Source: an uncultured cyanobacterium
GTDB lineage: Bacteria; Cyanobacteriota; Cyanobacteriia; Cyanobacteriales; CAWUOF01
Length of the DNA: 64,000 bases
Direction of reading: 5' to 3'
Assembly (NCBI GenBank): GCA_963744145.1
Contig: CAVUSO010000001.1
Span: 7,168,001 to 7,232,000 of the forward strand
Shown: piece after piece, positions 19,341 through 29,456 of the stretch
Layout of the letters: each line of letters begins with the position of its first letter
Numbering within the stretch: position 1 is the first letter of the stretch
Position numbers and translations under genes: made by a program
The notes under the pieces: generated by a model
Told to the model about the DNA's origin: nothing
Database searches by the model: none
The model's input: the letters and a program-made list of their open reading frames with translations, nothing else

Positions 19341-19503
19341 TTAAATAGCTCCTATCTTTTCTAAAAATTTATCTTTCAGACCAAAGTGTTTTCCAAAAGA
19401 TATCAAATTCAAGTGTACCATATTCTGGTATTTTTGGAGTATGTGCAAAGATGATCTCCCAGTTATCCTACAATAAAAAAGAACAGATAGTTTTTGGGAC
19501 ATT

Positions 19504-19689
19504 ATGCAAAACTCCGATTCTACTGATACCCTGAAATGGACACCAGCAGCGAAGGTGAAACTGAAAAATATTCCGTTTTTCGTTCGTAGTCAAGCACGAA
19601 CAAGGATTGAGCAATTAGCTAATGAGACTGAAGAAAAAATTGTGACAGTGGAGATTGTTGACCAAGCTCGGCTAGAATTTGGTCAATAG
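19504..19689 (+). CDS. PCP_red-domain small protein (BchB/ChlB C-terminal-like)
   Basis: [30 protein letters not shown]...VTVEIV. Confidence 0.85.
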   Translation: MQNSDSTDTLKWTPAAKVKLKNIPFFVRSQARTRIEQLANETEEKIVTVEIVDQARLEFGQ

Positions 19690-19828
19690 CAAGTTTTTTT
19701 TGCTTTTATCTGAACTAATTTTGATCATAAAATCAAAATTAAAATCCAATCCAGTTCAGTTAGAGAATAAAATATATGATTTTCTAGTTATGTAGTTGCG
19801 ATGAGGGCACTCTGATCGCAACTATATA

Positions 19829-19900
19829 CCCTTCGACTACGCCCTTCGACTACGCCCTTCGACTACGCTCAGGGAACACTCAGGGAACACTCAGGGCAAG
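19829..19900. repeat. Tandemly expanded CCCTTCGACTACG / CTCAGGGAACA repeats
   Basis: (cccttcgactacg)x3, (ctcagggaaca)x2, then ctcagggcaag. Confidence 0.85.
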
Positions 19901-20044
19901 CCTAATTGAATTAAAATCAAGATGAAAGCAACAAAAATATTCCTGTTTATCTATTTGTTAAATTTTCATAAAATCTAATTAATGATGGCAGCAAATCTAA
20001 TATATTAGAATCGAAATTATAAATTCATCAATCTGGTTTTCAAT

Positions 20045-21649
20045 ATGGCTACTGCTAAAATTAAACCTACCGAACCTGCCAATGCTCACTTCTCGTCTAT
20101 CCTCAAATTTGATGGAGTAGATGATTATATTGTTTTACCAGAAATGAATATCGATTATTCCCGGGGTCTGACTATAGAAGCGTGGGTGCGATTCCATAGT
20201 TTCAAATCTTTTTCCAGGATTATCGATTTTGGTAATGGTCCAGCTAAGTCTAATATCCTGTTAGCTAACTCAATTACAACTAACAACCTGCTTTTTGATA
20301 TCTACCAAGATGGTGATAATCATACTTACTTTCAAGTAGAGGAATTGCTAGAACTAGGTAAATGGATACATTTAGCTGCCACAGTTGATGGTTTTGGCCA
20401 AACGCGAGTATATGCTAATGGTAAATTAGTAAAGAGCGGATACTCTTATCCACCAGCAAGCATTAATCGAACATCCAACTATATTGCTAAAAGTAACTGG
20501 TCATCCGATGGTTATTTTCATGGTGAAATCACCGAAATACGTCTATGGAATTGCGATCGCACGGAAGCAGAAATCCAAAAAAATCTTTATTTTCGTCTCA
20601 CCGGAAAAGAGCAGAATTTAGTTGGTTACTGGCCCTTAAATGAAGGAATAGGAAATCAAGTTGTCAAAGATAAAAGTCCTAGTAGTAATCATGGCACAAT
20701 TCATGGTGGAGCAAATTGGCAACAACAAATCCCGATTAAACCGATTGAATTAGGACTTCCAGAACAATTATTTCCTTATAGTCAAGAGCCAATCTTTTTA
20801 CGACCATTGGATGAGCAGAAACTACCAGTCCGATCGGTCTTAATTTTGGATGGGCAAAACGATTATATCGAAATCCCCTATACAGAAATTCTCAATCCTA
20901 ACCAATTTACCCTCTCAGTTTGGGTAAAAGCGCAAGGGGGACAGAATACATTTCGTTCGATCATCACTTCCCGTGACGATCATCCACAACGAGGATACAT
21001 TCTCTATATCAGCGATGACAATAAATGGCACTTTTGGATTGGAGGTGGAGGTGCTGGGTGGATAGTTCTGGTTGGGACTGATATCGTCCTCAATACCTGG
21101 ACCCATCTAACCGCTACTTGTGATGGTAGTAATTTCCAACTCTATATCAATGGAGAATTAGTAGCAACTAAAGCCGGGAATTATCATCTTAACACAGCCC
21201 GTCCCTGGCGCATCGGTGCAGGTACTACGGAAGGAAACCCTTCCTTCTTTTTCCCAGGTCAAATCGCAGAAATTCATCTTTGGAATCGAGTGCTTTCTCA
21301 AGCAGAAGTGCAAAAAGAACTACACTGTTATTTATTCGGAAATGAACCAGGTCTAGTGGGTTATTGGTGTCTAAATGAAGGGTCTGGTTATCTGGTCAAG
21401 GACTGGAGCAGTTTTGTCAATCATGGTAAGATTCAAGGGAATACTAATTGGCAGCAACAAGCTTTGATTTCATCAACTGACCCACGCGATCAAGATGTTT
21501 TAGACTTGGATAGTCAAGATGATCATATCGATCGCGAAAATGATAATTCCAGCCAATTAAGCATCTCAGGTGTATCATTCTCCTTCGGTTTCAGCACGGG
21601 GATGTTTGGGTTCAGCAATAGTTATTTCCGTTTTCGTCGGATTAAGTAA
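20045..21649 (+). CDS. Protein with two LamG/ConA-like domains
   Basis: Two repeats of L.FDG.DDYI...TIEAWV...W.HLAAT.DG...YANG...F.GEI.EIRLWN...LVGYW.LNEG.G. Confidence 0.85.
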   Translation: MATAKIKPTEPANAHFSSILKFDGVDDYIVLPEMNIDYSRGLTIEAWVRFHSFKSFSRIIDFGNGPAKSNILLANSITTNNLLFDIYQDGDNHTYFQVEELLELGKWIHLAATVDGFGQTRVYANGKLVKSGYSYPPASINRTSNYIAKSNWSSDGYFHGEITEIRLWNCDRTEAEIQKNLYFRLTGKEQNLVGYWPLNEGIGNQVVKDKSPSSNHGTIHGGANWQQQIPIKPIELGLPEQLFPYSQEPIFLRPLDEQKLPVRSVLILDGQNDYIEIPYTEILNPNQFTLSVWVKAQGGQNTFRSIITSRDDHPQRGYILYISDDNKWHFWIGGGGAGWIVLVGTDIVLNTWTHLTATCDGSNFQLYINGELVATKAGNYHLNTARPWRIGAGTTEGNPSFFFPGQIAEIHLWNRVLSQAEVQKELHCYLFGNEPGLVGYWCLNEGSGYLVKDWSSFVNHGKIQGNTNWQQQALISSTDPRDQDVLDLDSQDDHIDRENDNSSQLSISGVSFSFGFSTGMFGFSNSYFRFRRIK

Positions 21650-21751
21650 AAAATCCCTAATCAGATTTCTTTCATCACCTCCGACCGCTTGTGGTAAATC
21701 CACCAGTGATCGCACTTTTAAGATCCACTAGAAACCCTTTCTGCTCAACTA

Positions 21752-23737
21752 TTAAGCTTCGGAAATTTTCTTACTAATTAACCAGTAAGTCATCATTTCA
21801 CCCCGACCCTTAACAGCAATAGTACCTCTTGGTTTTAGCACATATTGATCTTGCAAAAGATGATAAGTTGCTTCTGTAACTTGAATATAGCCCGGTTGAC
21901 CATGAGATTCCATCCGTGATGCAATATTAACAGCATCTCCCCACAGGTCATAAATAAACTTCTTGATCCCAATTACTCCCGCAATCACTGGTCCAGTATT
22001 AATTCCAATTCGTAATTGGAGTGAATCCCCTAAATCGCTGGTCATTGTTTCTAGATAATGTTGCATATCTAAAGCCATATTCGCGATCGCTTCAGCATGA
22101 TCTGGTCGAGTAATTGGTAATCCACCCACCACCATATAAGCATCACCAATAGTTTTGATTTTTTCTAAACCATACTTTTCTGTCAACTGGTCAAATGCAG
22201 AAAAAATTTGGTTAAGTCCAGCAACTAATTGCATTGGTTCTAATTGGGTAGAGAGGTGAGTAAACCCGACAATATCAGCAAACAGAATCGTCACTTCGGC
22301 AAAATATTCGGTGGGAGATTCTGCTCTTTTTAAACGTTCAGCAATTTCAAAAGGTAAAATATTGAGTAAAAGTTGTTCCGATCGCTCCTTTTCCAAGCTT
22401 AATTGCTGAGTGCGTTTTTCTACCCGAACTTCTAACTCCTCATTAGCTAAATGGAGAGCTTCTACCGATGCTTTTAATTGAGATGTCATCTCATTAAAAG
22501 TATCAGACAAAATTGCAATTTCGATAATTAAACTAGAATCAACTTTTTGATTAAGATTACCCTGAGCTACTGCTTGAGAAGCTTGAGAAATTTTCAATAA
22601 TGGAATGGTAATCCAATAAGCAGTGCGAATCCCCATCACTAATGCTATACCCAAAGCTAACAAACATAGTAGAATTGTAGTTTGATTATTTTTATTAATT
22701 TGATCCATAAAATCGCTTTCAGGTACAACTACCCCAGTTAACCAATCAATTCCACGTCCATCTTTGATTGGTAAGATTTGAGCATAATACCAGATCCCAT
22801 TAGTCTGAAATTGAAACGAATGATCTCCTTGAATAGCATGAAAATCCCCAAAATTTTGTAAAATATTATCAGCCATAGCTCGAATTACCGGATTATCACT
22901 TTTAGTTGCGGGAATTCTTTCAAATTTGGATTTATCACCTTTACCTATTACCTTAAAAGGTTGAGCTATTTTTGAACCAGCAACCAAATCTCCTGAACGT
23001 TCCATAATAAAACTTTCACCATTAGTGCTAACCACCATATTTTTGATAAAATCAGTAATTCGAGTTAACCTAACATTAATACATAAAACTCCTAAGAGCT
23101 GATTATGATCATCAAAAACTGGATAAACTGGAGAGATACCTAAGACTGTATTTTGGCGAGAAAAGAAGGGATAGATTTCACTCCAAGTCGGTTTTTTAGC
23201 CTGGTAAGCAGCTTGATACCAAGGACGAGTTGTCGTCTCATAAACAGCAGTAGTAAGTAGTTTTTGTGGGTTTCCCTCCTCATCTAATCGATATATTTCC
23301 CTCATCGGAAAAGAGTCTTTTGTGCGAATTTTTAACAGGGTACTGCCATCTTCTTCTTGATATTCAACTCCCACAAACTCACCTTCTTCACTACCATAGG
23401 AAAGATAACCTTCTAATTCACCAGTCCGTACTACTTGCCAAAAATAACGACGTAATCCGGTAAAATCTTTTAGGTTGAAGTTACCACTTCTAACACCCAT
23501 ATAGGTAAGTAATAAGGTGTTTTGAGATTTATTTAGGTACTCAATCACATACTGTTCAATCCTGGCACTGATTTCCCGATTTAATTGATTGGCCAGATTA
23601 TGGATCGCTTTTTGCCCATTCCGAAAAGACAAATAACCGACCAGACCGACCGTGAGCATCAACTGTAGAATAAAAGGGACTACCAGGGTGGTATGGAGAC
23701 GTAATTTTCTGACCGGTAGAGTTTGATTGCTCCTCAT
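21752..23737 (-). CDS. Membrane-bound class III adenylate/guanylate cyclase (Cache-HAMP-cyclase)
   Basis: Two TM segments; RPWY Cache motif; ILFADIVGFT, KIKTIGDAYM, YDLWGDAVNIASRMES, VKGRGEM. Confidence 0.92.
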   Translation of the reverse strand: MRSNQTLPVRKLRLHTTLVVPFILQLMLTVGLVGYLSFRNGQKAIHNLANQLNREISARIEQYVIEYLNKSQNTLLLTYMGVRSGNFNLKDFTGLRRYFWQVVRTGELEGYLSYGSEEGEFVGVEYQEEDGSTLLKIRTKDSFPMREIYRLDEEGNPQKLLTTAVYETTTRPWYQAAYQAKKPTWSEIYPFFSRQNTVLGISPVYPVFDDHNQLLGVLCINVRLTRITDFIKNMVVSTNGESFIMERSGDLVAGSKIAQPFKVIGKGDKSKFERIPATKSDNPVIRAMADNILQNFGDFHAIQGDHSFQFQTNGIWYYAQILPIKDGRGIDWLTGVVVPESDFMDQINKNNQTTILLCLLALGIALVMGIRTAYWITIPLLKISQASQAVAQGNLNQKVDSSLIIEIAILSDTFNEMTSQLKASVEALHLANEELEVRVEKRTQQLSLEKERSEQLLLNILPFEIAERLKRAESPTEYFAEVTILFADIVGFTHLSTQLEPMQLVAGLNQIFSAFDQLTEKYGLEKIKTIGDAYMVVGGLPITRPDHAEAIANMALDMQHYLETMTSDLGDSLQLRIGINTGPVIAGVIGIKKFIYDLWGDAVNIASRMESHGQPGYIQVTEATYHLLQDQYVLKPRGTIAVKGRGEMMTYWLISKKISEA

Positions 23738-24035
23738 TAACCTTTTCTGATACTTTTGTTAAATACAGCAATAACCATGATTAATCCTTAATCTTTACCA
23801 ATTAACCAATAAGTTAACATTTCTCCTCGACCCTTGACAAAAATCTGGCCCCTATCGTCCAGGATTTATTGATCTTTTAAATAGGAATAGGGGGCAGGTT
23901 CGCCAATCAATTCTGTCACCAACAGATCAATATGATCAACCTGCCCTGATCTAACAGATCAACCTCAGATTAAGTGTAATTTCATGGGTTATTGGTATAA
24001 GACAAATGATTTCGACCTGATTTAATAGTTAATTG

Positions 24036-24209
24036 GGCTCTCCCGTATCTGTGGTGATAAGCACGGCTTATTAAAATAAGCAAGCTAATAATTTTTCTCG
24101 TAAAGAATCAAACGTTTTGAACCCGGAGCTTTGTCTAATAATCAATTTCATCTTGTTATTAATTCCTGACCTCTTGACCACTAGTTGTTTTACTGACAAA
24201 ATAGTTACA
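24036..24209 (-). mobile_element. ISL3-family transposase 3' remnant with terminal end
   Basis: The minus strand gives CNYFVSKTTSG, a frameshift, then GINNKMKLIIRQSSGFKTFDSLREKLLACLF*. This matches the ISL3 C-terminal EGINNKIK.IKR..YGF motif and ends in a GGCTCT terminus. Confidence 0.7.
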
Positions 24210-24299
24210 AGGACATTGGACAACGACCACGCGATTAACTACGGTACACTACTTGAACACAATTATAATGAGAATGATCGGAGCTAGTCAGTAAATAGG

Positions 24300-24921
24300 A
24301 TGGTGAGAAAGATGACAGCAGTAGCAACAAAACCAACAAGAAAGCAATTCACTGTAGAGGAATATTACCAGCTGGGTGAGTTGGGCATGCTTGGGGATGG
24401 TAGAACAGAACTAATTGATGGGGATATCGTATATATGGCACCGATCGGTAGTCGTCATGCAGGGTGTGTAATTCGGTTGAACGGATTTTTTTCTGAAAAT
24501 TTAAGAAAGCGTGCTTTAGTTGCAGTTCAGAGCCCAGTCAGACTAAACGGAAGATTAGACCGGAACCGGATATAGCAATCTTGAAACCTCGTGGTGATGA
24601 TTACACAGAATCACATCCCCAACCCCAAGACATATATTTACTAATTGAAGGGGCGCAAGAGCAATACGCCCGTACATACTACGATTGACGATGACCGTAA
24701 TGTGAAGTCAGTTCTCTATGGGAAAGCAGGGATTATTGAACTTTGGATCGTAGACATAGAAGGGGCGCAAGAGCAATACGCCCATACTTGAGGTTTATCG
24801 CAATCCCACTGCTAATGGTTATGAAAGTATCCAACAATTTAGACCTGGTGAAAGTATCTCACCCCTTGCTTTTAGTGACATAGTAACCAGCGTTGATGAA
24901 ATTTTGAGGACTAATAAATAA
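24300..24921 (+). pseudogene. Uma2 (DUF820) endonuclease-family cassette 1, disrupted
   Basis: Aligns with the other four copies. It has a 1-bp deletion near 24558 and two REP hairpin insertions at ~24650 and ~24762. Confidence 0.88.
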
Positions 24922-24943
24922 CAAAATTAATCAACCGGATTCG

Positions 24944-25174
24944 TTTGAAATAATTTATCCTGTGTATTCAACCTTAGATCAAATTTTGCAATTAGCTGTT
25001 AATGGCAATGTCACCTCAGCTAAAATTTTCGATATTCGTTTAGCTGCTTTAATTTTAGAATCCCAAATTGATTATTTTGCTACTTACAACACTATTCATT
25101 TTCAAGGAATACCTAATCTTGAGCCTTTAACAGCTTTAGAAATTATCAATGCGCTCAATCAAACCACTACTTAA
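24944..25174 (+). pseudogene. C-terminal fragment of a PIN/VapC toxin
   Basis: FEIIYP...AKIFDIRLAALILESQIDYFATYNTIHFQGI fits the PIN C-terminal pattern. It lacks an N-terminus and begins right at the Uma2 cassette end. Confidence 0.65.
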
Positions 25175-25216
25175 AAAAGATTAGAATTAGCTCAGGGAGA
25201 ATCAGAAGCGATCGCC

Positions 25217-25316
25217 ATACGGTTCGTTTAAGGATATTTTGGGAGATATCGACGGAAGTTGGGCGAACGCGAGAGCGTGCCGTAGGCAAACGCCCCTACG
25301 CTTAACCGAACCGTAT
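25217..25316. mobile_element. MITE with ATACGGTTCG(G/T)TTAAG ends
   Basis: ATACGGTTCGTTTAAG...CTTAACCGAACCGTAT. A related, inverted copy lies at 37324-37480. Confidence 0.7.
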
Positions 25317-25518
25317 TGAGAGATGGGGAAGGTATGATCGACATCTTGACTGATTGAGGATTACTTGCATTTACCCATAACCCTATCCGATGACTGTGCA
25401 TTCTCTGACTAGAGGATAGACAGTCATTGGCTCGTCCAGTGATCAATACGCGATTACATAAGGTACACTACATGAACGGAATTAGAATGAGAATTAGCGG
25501 AGCTAGTCAGTAAATGGG

Positions 25519-26103
25519 ATGGTGAGAAAGATGATCGCAGTAGCAACAAAACCAACAAGAAAGCAATTCACGGTAGAGGAATATTACAAGTTGGGTGAAT
25601 TGGGGATGCTGGGGGATGGTAGGACAGAACTAATTGATGGGGATATTATTCTTATGGCACCAATGGGTACTCGTCATGCTGGGTACATAATGCGGCTGGG
25701 TAGGATTTTTTCTGAAAATTTAAGAAAGCGTGCCTTAGTTGCAGTTCAAATCCCAGTCAGATTAAACGGAAAATTACAACCGGAACCCGATCTATCAATT
25801 TTGAAACCTCGTAGGGATGATTACATAAAATCACCACCCCAAGTCCAAGACATCTATTTATTAATAGAAGTATCGGATACCACTATTGACCATGACCGTA
25901 ATGTCAAGTCAGTTGTCTATGCTAGAGCTGGGATTATTGAACTTTGGATCGTAGATGTAAATGCTGAATTAGTTGAGGTTTATCGCAATCCCGGCGCTAA
26001 TGGTTATGAAAGTATCCAACAATTTAGACCTGGTGAAAGGATCTCACCTCTTTCATTTCCGGACATGGTGATTAGTGTTGATGCTATTTTTGAGGACTTA
26101 TAG
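25519..26103 (+). CDS. Uma2 family endonuclease, cassette 2
   Basis: FTVEEYY...ELIDGDI..MAP...H...PEPD...LLIEVSDTT...D...K...YA..GI.ELWIVD. Confidence 0.92.
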   Translation: MVRKMIAVATKPTRKQFTVEEYYKLGELGMLGDGRTELIDGDIILMAPMGTRHAGYIMRLGRIFSENLRKRALVAVQIPVRLNGKLQPEPDLSILKPRRDDYIKSPPQVQDIYLLIEVSDTTIDHDRNVKSVVYARAGIIELWIVDVNAELVEVYRNPGANGYESIQQFRPGERISPLSFPDMVISVDAIFEDL

Positions 26104-26371
26104 ATAACAAAACTAATCAACCGGATTCGATCGCGATAATTATCTATAGCTAACCTTTTCAAGCTTTACATCTGTTTGATTGATTTTTGGAAGATTTTTT
26201 AGTCCTAATCAGCAACCTTGCAACAATAACGTAGCTGATATGAAGTTTTATTACAATATTGTTTTCGTATATATAGAAATTATTATTTTAAGTCTACAAT
26301 GTAAAAACGATATTGAAAGTAAATGAGGAGGAAAGTCCAAAAATGTGTCCTCCCTAATAATTACCATTTCC
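26101..26371 (+). repeat. ~270-bp non-coding segment duplicated at 27981-28251
   Basis: Near-identical direct repeat at an offset of 1880 bp, continuous with the shared 3' ends of Uma2 copies 2 and 4. Confidence 0.9.
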
Positions 26372-26496
26372 CCAAATTCGGAATATATTAGGCCCCTTCG
26401 ACTACCCCTTCAACTACGCTCAGGGCAAGGCTCAGGGCAATGTTTAATGACTCTCTAAAAGCCAAAGCAAATCTGTCTTAATTGCAGGATAATACC

Positions 26497-26685
26497 ATGC
26501 AAGGTTACATCAAAGGAAAAACTATTATTTTGTTAGAGAACTTACCAGAAATTCTGAAAGATGGTGATGAAGTGGATATTTCAATTAATAAAATTTCTGA
26601 CCAGCAAAAATATCCTTTTCCCACTTTTAAACTAGGAGTTAAAGACGAATATCTAAGCCGAGATAAAATCTATGAACAAGAATAG
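26497..26685 (+). CDS. Putative antitoxin of a PIN-type TA pair
   Basis: 62 aa, MQGYIKGKTIILLE.LP...DGDEVDISI...LSRDKIYE. Its end overlaps the ATG of a PIN-like start MNKNRIFFD at 26672. Confidence 0.6.
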   Translation: MQGYIKGKTIILLENLPEILKDGDEVDISINKISDQQKYPFPTFKLGVKDEYLSRDKIYEQE

Positions 26686-26717
26686 GATATTTTTTGATGA
26701 GCTAGTCAGTAAATGGG

Positions 26718-27305
26718 ATGGTGAGAAAGATGATCGCAGTAGTAACAAAACCAACAAGAAAGCAATTCACGGTAGAGGAATATTACCAGCTGGGTGAATT
26801 GGGGATGCTTGGGGATGGGAGGACAGAACTAATTGATGGGGATATCGTATATATGGCACCGATCAGTAGTCGTCATGCAGGGTGTGTTAATCGTTTACTA
26901 AAAATTTTTGCTAGAAACCTAAGAGAGCGTGCTGTAGTAGCGATTCAAAATCCAGTTAGACTAAACGGAAGATTAGAACCACAGCCCGATCTATCAATTT
27001 TGAAACCGCGAGATGATGATTACGAAGACTCACACCCACAACCCCAAGACATCTATTTATTAATAGAAGTATCACTTACTACGATTGACGATGACCGTAA
27101 TGTTAAATCAGTGCGCTATGGGAGAGCTGGAGTTATTGAACTGTGGATCGTAGACGTAGAATCCCAATTAATTGAGGTTTATCGCAATCCCAGTCCTAAT
27201 GGTTATGAAAGTATCCAACAATTTAGAAGCGGTGAAAGTATCTCACCACTAGCTTTTAGTGACATAGTAATCAGTGTTGATGAAATTTTGAGGACTAATA
27301 GATAG
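26718..27305 (+). CDS. Uma2 family endonuclease, cassette 3
   Basis: Same motifs as cassette 2. Confidence 0.92.
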   Translation: MVRKMIAVVTKPTRKQFTVEEYYQLGELGMLGDGRTELIDGDIVYMAPISSRHAGCVNRLLKIFARNLRERAVVAIQNPVRLNGRLEPQPDLSILKPRDDDYEDSHPQPQDIYLLIEVSLTTIDDDRNVKSVRYGRAGVIELWIVDVESQLIEVYRNPSPNGYESIQQFRSGESISPLAFSDIVISVDEILRTNR

Positions 27306-27407
27306 CAGAAACTTTTAGTTGCGATCGCGTATGACCCGCGATTACATAAGGTACAAGCTAGTGAACGCAATTAGAATAAGAATGAGCGGAGCTAGTCAGT
27401 AAATGGG

Positions 27408-27983
27408 ATGGTGAGAAAGATGATCGCAGTAGCAACAAGAAAGCAATTCACGGTAGAGGAATATTACCAGTTGGGTGAATTGGGGATGCTTGGGGATGGG
27501 AGGACAGAACTAATTGATGGGGATATCGTATATATGGCACCGATCGGTAGTCGTCATGCAGGGTGTGTTAATCGTTTACTAAAAATTTTTGCTAGAAACC
27601 TAAGAGAGCGGGCTGCAATAGCGATTCAAAATCCAGTTAGACTAAACGGAAGATTAGAACCACAGCCCGATCTATCAATTTTGAAACTACGGGATGATGA
27701 TTACATAAAATCCCATCCCCAAACCCAAGACATCTATTTATTAATAGAAGTATCCGTTACTACGATCGACGATGACCGTAATGTTAAGTCAGTTCTCTAT
27801 GGGAAAGCAGGGATTATTGAACTTTGGATTGTAGACATAGAAGCCCAATTAATAGAGGTTTATCGCAATCCCGGCGCTAATGGTTATGAAAGTATCCAAC
27901 AATTTAGACCCGGTGAAAGGATCTCACCTCTTTCATTTCCGGACATAGTGATTAGTGTCGATGCAATTTTTGAGGACTTATAG
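27408..27983 (+). CDS. Uma2 family endonuclease, cassette 4
   Basis: Same motifs; lacks the KPT tripeptide near the N-terminus. Confidence 0.92.
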   Translation: MVRKMIAVATRKQFTVEEYYQLGELGMLGDGRTELIDGDIVYMAPIGSRHAGCVNRLLKIFARNLRERAAIAIQNPVRLNGRLEPQPDLSILKLRDDDYIKSHPQTQDIYLLIEVSVTTIDDDRNVKSVLYGKAGIIELWIVDIEAQLIEVYRNPGANGYESIQQFRPGERISPLSFPDIVISVDAIFEDL

Positions 27984-28306
27984 ATCACAAAACTAATCAA
28001 CCGGATTCGATCGCTATAATTATCTATAGCTAACCTTTTCAAGCTTTACATCTGTTTGATTGATTTTTGGCAGATTTTTTAGTCCCAATCAGCAACCTTG
28101 CAACAACAACGTAGCTGATATGAAGTTTTATTACAATATTGTTTTCGTATATATACAAATTATTATTTTAAGTCTACAATGTAAAAACGATATTGAAAGT
28201 AAATGAGGAGGAAAGTCCAAAAATGTGTCCTCCCTAATAATTACCATTTCCAACCAGTAATCCAAATATGAAATATTTTTTCAACCTGATTAAAACGGGT
28301 GCTTAA

Positions 28307-29456
28307 TACCAATTCTCTAAATGCCGACTACAGATAGTGCCTCTAATATATAGGCTCGTCCCGTAATTGAGGCAATTACTTTTGAATTCATCTTTTCTAG
28401 TTCTTTACTAATTAAAAGTCTTAATTCATCTAAGTTTCTTGGTAATTCCCATCTCAATCCCTTTTTGAGATACTGCCATACCTGTTCGATTGGATTTGAT
28501 TCAGGACAATGGGATGGTTGAAACATTAAAATAACGTTTTTAGGAATTACCAACTTTTTAGCTTTATGAAAACCACCATTGTCTAACTGAATGATCAAAA
28601 TACTATCCGAAAAATGCGCGGCTACTAAGTCTAAAAATATCTGAAAGCATTGACTATTGAGATGAGTAAACTCGTAAAAGAAATGTTCCCCTGTCTTTGG
28701 CTCTACTACGCCATAAATATAAGTCGCTTGAAATTTCCATTGCACTTTACCAATTGGTTTTACCCCACGAATGGTAATTTTTCTCCCACTAATCGTTTTC
28801 ATGCCGATCCGTGTTTCATCTTGACATAAAAATCTGACTTTATCTCCTAAACTCATTACTGTTATGGCAAACCAACTCAGCATAGCTAAGTCCTCCGCCA
28901 AGTGATTTCTAAAATTATCTAACTTTTTTTTTGACTGTTCTGTACTTTTCGGCCTGGCGATTTTTGGTGAGGCTTTTAGTTTATAATGCACTAATTGATG
29001 AACGGTTTTATATTTAGCTTCTATCCCAAGGGTGGATGATAGCCATTGACAAATTTCCCCATAACTATTAAATCCTTCCTCTTCATTTAGTCGTTTTTCT
29101 AAACTTTTTACCGCCCAGTCAGGAATTTTTCTCGGTCGAATCCTGTACCCACTTTTTTCCCCAGATATTTGGCCAATCCTCCTTGACGGTATTTGGCTAA
29201 CCAATCTTGAACGGTAACTCGATTTCTGCCCAAGATTTCAGCAACTTCTGTGACTGTTTTAGCTTTGTTTATCTTGAGTAGATATAATGCTTGTAATCGT
29301 TCTTTTCCTGGACCAGTTTTTTCCACTGCGAGCAATTTCTTCAGCTCGGCTTCACTTTCCTTAATGTCTAGGTGATAAACTCCTGCCATATTTTTCCTTC
29401 AACTCTACTCAAATTATACTCTACACTATCTGTAGTCAAAGTTGCAAGAATTGGTA
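28307..29456 (-). mobile_element. IS630-family element, transposase in two frames (29389-29108 and 29204-28317)
   Basis: Inverted ends TACCAATTCT/AGAATTGGTA; DDE motifs QDETRIG, LDNGGFH, PESNPIEQVW. The right flank is TA and the left flank reads AA. Confidence 0.9.

Noticed and set aside
29130..29165. Programmed -1 frameshift in the IS630 transposase
   Set aside because: A G/A run is present, but the junction reads more naturally as GTG-RPRK broken by a small indel. It cannot be decided without other copies.
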